The notes under the pieces: generated by a model | What the model saw: only the letters and a program-made list of their open reading frames with translations | What the model was told of the DNA's origin: nothing | Databases searched by the model: none | In this document: positions 60,813-64,000 of the stretch, one piece after another | Layout of the letters: every line of letters begins with the position of its first letter | Numbering within the stretch: position 1 is the first letter of the stretch | Position numbers and translations under genes: made by a program | Source of the DNA: an uncultured delta proteobacterium | GTDB taxonomy: Bacteria; Desulfobacterota; Binatia; UTPRO1 | Assembly (NCBI GenBank): GCA_963761995.1 | Contig: CAVXIU010000014.1 | Location: 13,622 to 77,621 of the forward strand | DNA: 64,000 nucleotides | Direction: 5' to 3'

Positions 60813-62534
60813 GTGGAGCGGCACGACTACGACGTGGTCGTGATCGGCGCCGGTGGCGCCGGGCTGCGCGCGGCGATCGCGGCCTCGGAAGCCGGCGCGC
60901 GCACCGCGCTCGTGTGCAAGTCGCTGCTCGGCAAGGCCCACACGGTCATGGCGGAGGGCGGCGTCGCGGCCTCGTTCGGCAACGTCTCACCCGAGGACGG
61001 CTGGCAGGTGCACTTCCAGGACACGATGTTCGGAGGCAAGTACCTCAACAACTGGCACATGGCTGAGCTTCACGCGCGCGAGGCGCCGGAGCGCGTGCGC
61101 GAGCTCGAGCAGTGGGGCGGTGTCTTCGACCGCACGCCCGATCGCAAGATGTCGCAGCGCGCGTTCGGCGGACACACGTACAAGCGCCTCGTGCACATCG
61201 GCGACCGCACCGGCCTCGAGCTCATCCGCACGCTGCAGGACAAGGCCGTGCACTCGGGCATCGACGTCTACATGGAGTGCACGATCACGCGGCTGCTCAA
61301 GGACGGGGAGCGCGTGTGCGGCGCCGTCGCCTACTGGCGCGCCACGGGCGAGTTCGTCCGCTTCGCGGCGCGCGCGCTCGTGCTCGCCACCGGCGGCGCG
61401 GGGCGCTGCTGGCGGATCACCTCGAACTCCTGGGAGTGCACCGGCGACGGCCACGCGCTGGCCTACGAGGCCGGTGCCGAGCTGATCGACATGGAGTTCG
61501 TCCAGTTCCATCCCACCGGGATGGTGTGGCCCCCCGGTGTCGTCGGCCTGCTCGTCACGGAGGCCGTGCGCGGCGAGGGAGGCATCCTGCGCAACGCGAC
61601 CGGCGAGCGCTTCATGGAGCGCTACGACCCCAAGCGGCTGGAGCTCTCGACGCGCGACGTCGTGTCGCGCGCGATATTCACCGAAGTCAAGGAGCGCCGC
61701 GGCACCCCGCACGGGGGCGTCTTCCTCGACGTCTCCCACCTCGGCGACGAGACGGTGCGCACCAAGCTGCCGAGCATGTACGACCAGTTCATCGAGCTCG
61801 CCGGCGTCGACATCACTCGCGAGGCGATGGAGGTCGGCCCCACCTGCCACTACGTCATGGGCGGGATCCGAGTCGACTCGGAGACCGGTCAGAGCAGCGT
61901 CGAAGGCCTGTTCGCGGCGGGCGAGTGCTCGGGAGGGATGAACGGCGCCAACCGGCTCGGTGGGAACTCGCTCTCGGACCTTCTCGTGTTCGGCAAACGC
62001 ACCGGTGAGAGCGCGGCGAAGTACGGCGCCGGCGCGCAGGAGCCGCGGATCGACGAGGCGCAGGTGGCCGACGGCGTGGCCGAGATGAGTCGCCACCTCA
62101 CCGGCCCGGGCGACGAGGATCCGTACCGGTTGCACGACGAGCTGAAGGCCGTGATGCAGGAGGACGCGGGCATCTACCGCGACGCGGGCCTCCTCGACTC
62201 GGCCCTCGGCCGCATCACGGAGCTGGAACGACGCGCCCGCTCGGCGCGCGCGCCCTCCGGGTCGGCGGCTTACAACCCCGGCTGGAACCTCTGCCGCGAC
62301 CTGCGCAACATGCTGATCGTGTCAGAGGCCGTGGCGCGCGCCGCGCTGTTGCGCAAGGAGAGTCGCGGCGCGCACAGCCGGCTCGACTTCCCCGACTACG
62401 ACGACTACTGGGCGGAGCACAACATCGTGGTGCGCAGGACGCCGGACGGCATGGCGGTCGAGCCGCGTCCCGTCGTCAAGACCTCGACGCTCGCCACGCT
62501 GGTCGAGGCGCGCAAGGAGGCGGAGCGGGCATGA
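60813..62534 (+). CDS. sdhA: Succinate dehydrogenase / fumarate reductase flavoprotein subunit
   Basis: VIGAGGAG, KAHTVMAEGG (FAD-His), QFHPTG, TEAVRGEGG, GANRLGGNSL, ESRGAH. Confidence 0.96.
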   Translation: MERHDYDVVVIGAGGAGLRAAIAASEAGARTALVCKSLLGKAHTVMAEGGVAASFGNVSPEDGWQVHFQDTMFGGKYLNNWHMAELHAREAPERVRELEQWGGVFDRTPDRKMSQRAFGGHTYKRLVHIGDRTGLELIRTLQDKAVHSGIDVYMECTITRLLKDGERVCGAVAYWRATGEFVRFAARALVLATGGAGRCWRITSNSWECTGDGHALAYEAGAELIDMEFVQFHPTGMVWPPGVVGLLVTEAVRGEGGILRNATGERFMERYDPKRLELSTRDVVSRAIFTEVKERRGTPHGGVFLDVSHLGDETVRTKLPSMYDQFIELAGVDITREAMEVGPTCHYVMGGIRVDSETGQSSVEGLFAAGECSGGMNGANRLGGNSLSDLLVFGKRTGESAAKYGAGAQEPRIDEAQVADGVAEMSRHLTGPGDEDPYRLHDELKAVMQEDAGIYRDAGLLDSALGRITELERRARSARAPSGSAAYNPGWNLCRDLRNMLIVSEAVARAALLRKESRGAHSRLDFPDYDDYWAEHNIVVRRTPDGMAVEPRPVVKTSTLATLVEARKEAERA

Positions 62535-63265
62535 CCGCACGTGCGCTGCGCCTGTGGCGCGGCGACGCCTCCGGCGGCGAGCTCGTCGACTACGAGGTCG
62601 AGGACGTCTCGGGCATGGTCGTGCTCGACGCGGTGCTCGAGGTCCAGCGCACCCAGGCGCCGGATCTCGCCGTGCGCTGGAACTGCAAGGCCGCGAAATG
62701 CGGCTCCTGCAGCGCCGAGGTCAACGGCCGCCCGCGCCTGATGTGCAAGACGCGGCTCGACCACCTGCCCGCGGAGGAGCCGGTCCGCGTCGAGCCGCTG
62801 CACGCGTTCCCGGTCATCCGCGACCTGGTGACCGACGTGAGCTGGAACTACGAGGTCAACAAGCGGATCCCGCCCTTCACGCCAGCGCCCGACGCCGAGT
62901 GGTCGATCGGCCAGGAGGACGTCGATCGCATGAGCGAGTTCCGGAAGTGCATCGAGTGCTTCCTGTGCCAGGACGTCTGCCACATCCTGCGCGACCACGG
63001 CATGCATTCCCGCTACTTCGGCCCGCGGTTCCTGGTGCGCATCGCAAGCCTGGAGATGCATCCGCTCGACACGCTCGACCGGCTCGACACGGTCGTGGAC
63101 GAAGGCGGCCTCGGCCTGTGCAACATCACGAAGTGCTGCAGCGAGGTGTGCCCGGAGGGCATCCACATCACCGACAACGCGATCATCCCGCTCAAGGAGC
63201 GCGTGGTCGACCAGCGCTACGACCCGCTGCTGCGTTTGCTCCGCAGGCTCCGGTCCCGCCGATAA
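62531..63265 (+). CDS. sdhB: Succinate dehydrogenase / fumarate reductase iron-sulfur subunit
   Basis: CKAAKCGSC...C, CIECFLCQDVC, CNITKCCSEVCP. Confidence 0.96.
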   Translation: MTARALRLWRGDASGGELVDYEVEDVSGMVVLDAVLEVQRTQAPDLAVRWNCKAAKCGSCSAEVNGRPRLMCKTRLDHLPAEEPVRVEPLHAFPVIRDLVTDVSWNYEVNKRIPPFTPAPDAEWSIGQEDVDRMSEFRKCIECFLCQDVCHILRDHGMHSRYFGPRFLVRIASLEMHPLDTLDRLDTVVDEGGLGLCNITKCCSEVCPEGIHITDNAIIPLKERVVDQRYDPLLRLLRRLRSRR

Positions 63266-63337
63266 GTACATCGCCGCAGCCGGTGCTCTGCCTTTCACCG
63301 ATGCGAGCGGGCCGGGACCCTGGCAGCGTGCCTGATC

Positions 63338-63586
63338 ATGAACAGGACAGAACTGGCCCGTGCGCTGGTGAACGAGGGAGCAGTCGAGACGCAGCAGGAC
63401 GCGGAGACGGCCCTCGACGTCCTGGCGTCGGCGATCTGGCACTCGCTCGAGCAGCACGAGGAGCTCGATTGGCCCGGGGTGGGGCACTTCGGCGTGGCAC
63501 CGGCCCCGCGACGGCGGCGGACCGTCACGTTCCGCCCGGCGAGCGAGCTCGAGGTCGCCGTCAACCGGCATCGCGTCGAGACCTGA
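63338..63586 (+). CDS. HU/IHF-family DNA-binding protein (short, divergent)
   Basis: MNRTELARAL...LDWPGVGHFGV...VTFRPASEL. Confidence 0.8.
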   Translation: MNRTELARALVNEGAVETQQDAETALDVLASAIWHSLEQHEELDWPGVGHFGVAPAPRRRRTVTFRPASELEVAVNRHRVET

Positions 63587-63592
63587 GCTCGA

Positions 63593-63820
63593 CGGGGTCC
63601 AAATTGAGCGCAACCGAGAGCAACTCAGCGCAACTCAGTCCGCTCTAGGCGGCTGAATCCACTCCGATACGCCTGGATCGTTCCGGCTGGGGGCCGGGCG
63701 GTCGCAGGTTCAAATCCTGTCTCCCCGATCACAGAAGGGCCCGCAAACGCGGGCCTTTCTTCGTTCCGTCGCTCGCCAAGATCGCCCGACGGGGTTTCAA
63801 CTGTGCACCGGGGGTGTCAA
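63593..63820 (+). repeat. att-like junction 5 (tRNA-Pro 3' fragment 63683-63728)
   Basis: CGGGGTCCAA at 63593, phased CAAC(T) repeats, intact 46-nt core, downstream CGGGGTTTCAA and GGGGTGTCAA. Confidence 0.9.
63733..63763 (+). terminator. Intrinsic terminator directly after the tRNA 3' fragment
   Basis: AGAAGGGCCCGC-AAAC-GCGGGCCTTTCT hairpin followed by a T-rich tail. Confidence 0.75.
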
Positions 63821-63913
63821 TTCCTCGCGACGGGCGCTATCGGGTACTGACCCGACCTCGCGGCTCCGGTCAGCTCTACCTCAAGCGGGCTCCCACCACG
63901 GATCATGTCTCGC

Positions 63914-64000
63914 ATGCACAGACTCCTCGTTCTTTATCCGGCTCCCGCTGACCCGGACCACTTTCGAAGCTATTACGAGAACACACACCTCAAACTGGCG
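63914..64000 (+). CDS. EthD-family reductase, 5' partial
   Basis: MHRLLVLYPAPADPDHFRSYYENTHLKLA. Confidence 0.7.
   Translation, partial: MHRLLVLYPAPADPDHFRSYYENTHLKLA

Larger units (their letters stand above)
53303..63592. mobile_element. Integrase-free cargo module D (ppk2, SulP, CBS, acyltransferase, Sdh operon, HU, pseudogenes)
   Basis: Bounded by junctions 4 and 5. Confidence 0.55.

Noticed and set aside
36735-63592. Prophage or ICE
   Set aside because: No integrase, structural, replication or conjugation genes were recognised in any frame.
36689-63728. Five functional tRNA-Pro genes
   Set aside because: Each copy lacks the acceptor 5' strand and D-arm; only the anticodon arm to the 3' end is present.

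Overview
This is a very high-GC window with an Actinomycetota-like gene content; a Thermoleophilia/Solirubrobacterales-type soil organism is my inference. It is made almost entirely of accessory DNA, organised at two levels. (1) Positions ~324-36479 contain 19 co-oriented, strictly intergenic copies of a 30-bp imperfect palindrome (consensus GAGTGCTGCTT-N-TCGCGCA-AAGCAGCACTC, i.e. 11-bp arm / 8-bp asymmetric spacer / 11-bp arm). These partition the region into 18 modules, 12 of which hold exactly one gene (hydrolases, GNATs, nitrilase, secreted proteins). One module is duplicated 36 kb apart. The arrangement looks like an integron- or pdif-like gene-cassette array built on a non-attC site. (2) Five co-oriented att-like junctions (cores at 36689, 42205, 48028, 53257 and 63683) each carry the 3' ~46 nt of tRNA-Pro(GGG), flanked by conserved CGGGGT(C/G)CAA arm repeats and 10-bp-phased CAAC repeats. 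They delimit four integrase-free cargo modules of ~5.2, 5.5, 5.8 and 10.4 kb (core to core), consistent with a tandem array of mini-islands at a tRNA-Pro site. No recombinase gene is visible in the window. Other content includes glutaminase, an ABC transporter with a two-component system, a SARP-STAND-WD40 regulator, a LuxR-AAA regulator, ppk2, SulP, a three-gene succinate dehydrogenase operon, an HU-like gene and internally deleted rocD and ceo pseudogenes. Several single-base frameshifts may be sequencing or assembly errors. All calls come from reading the sequence and ORF track; no database searches were run.
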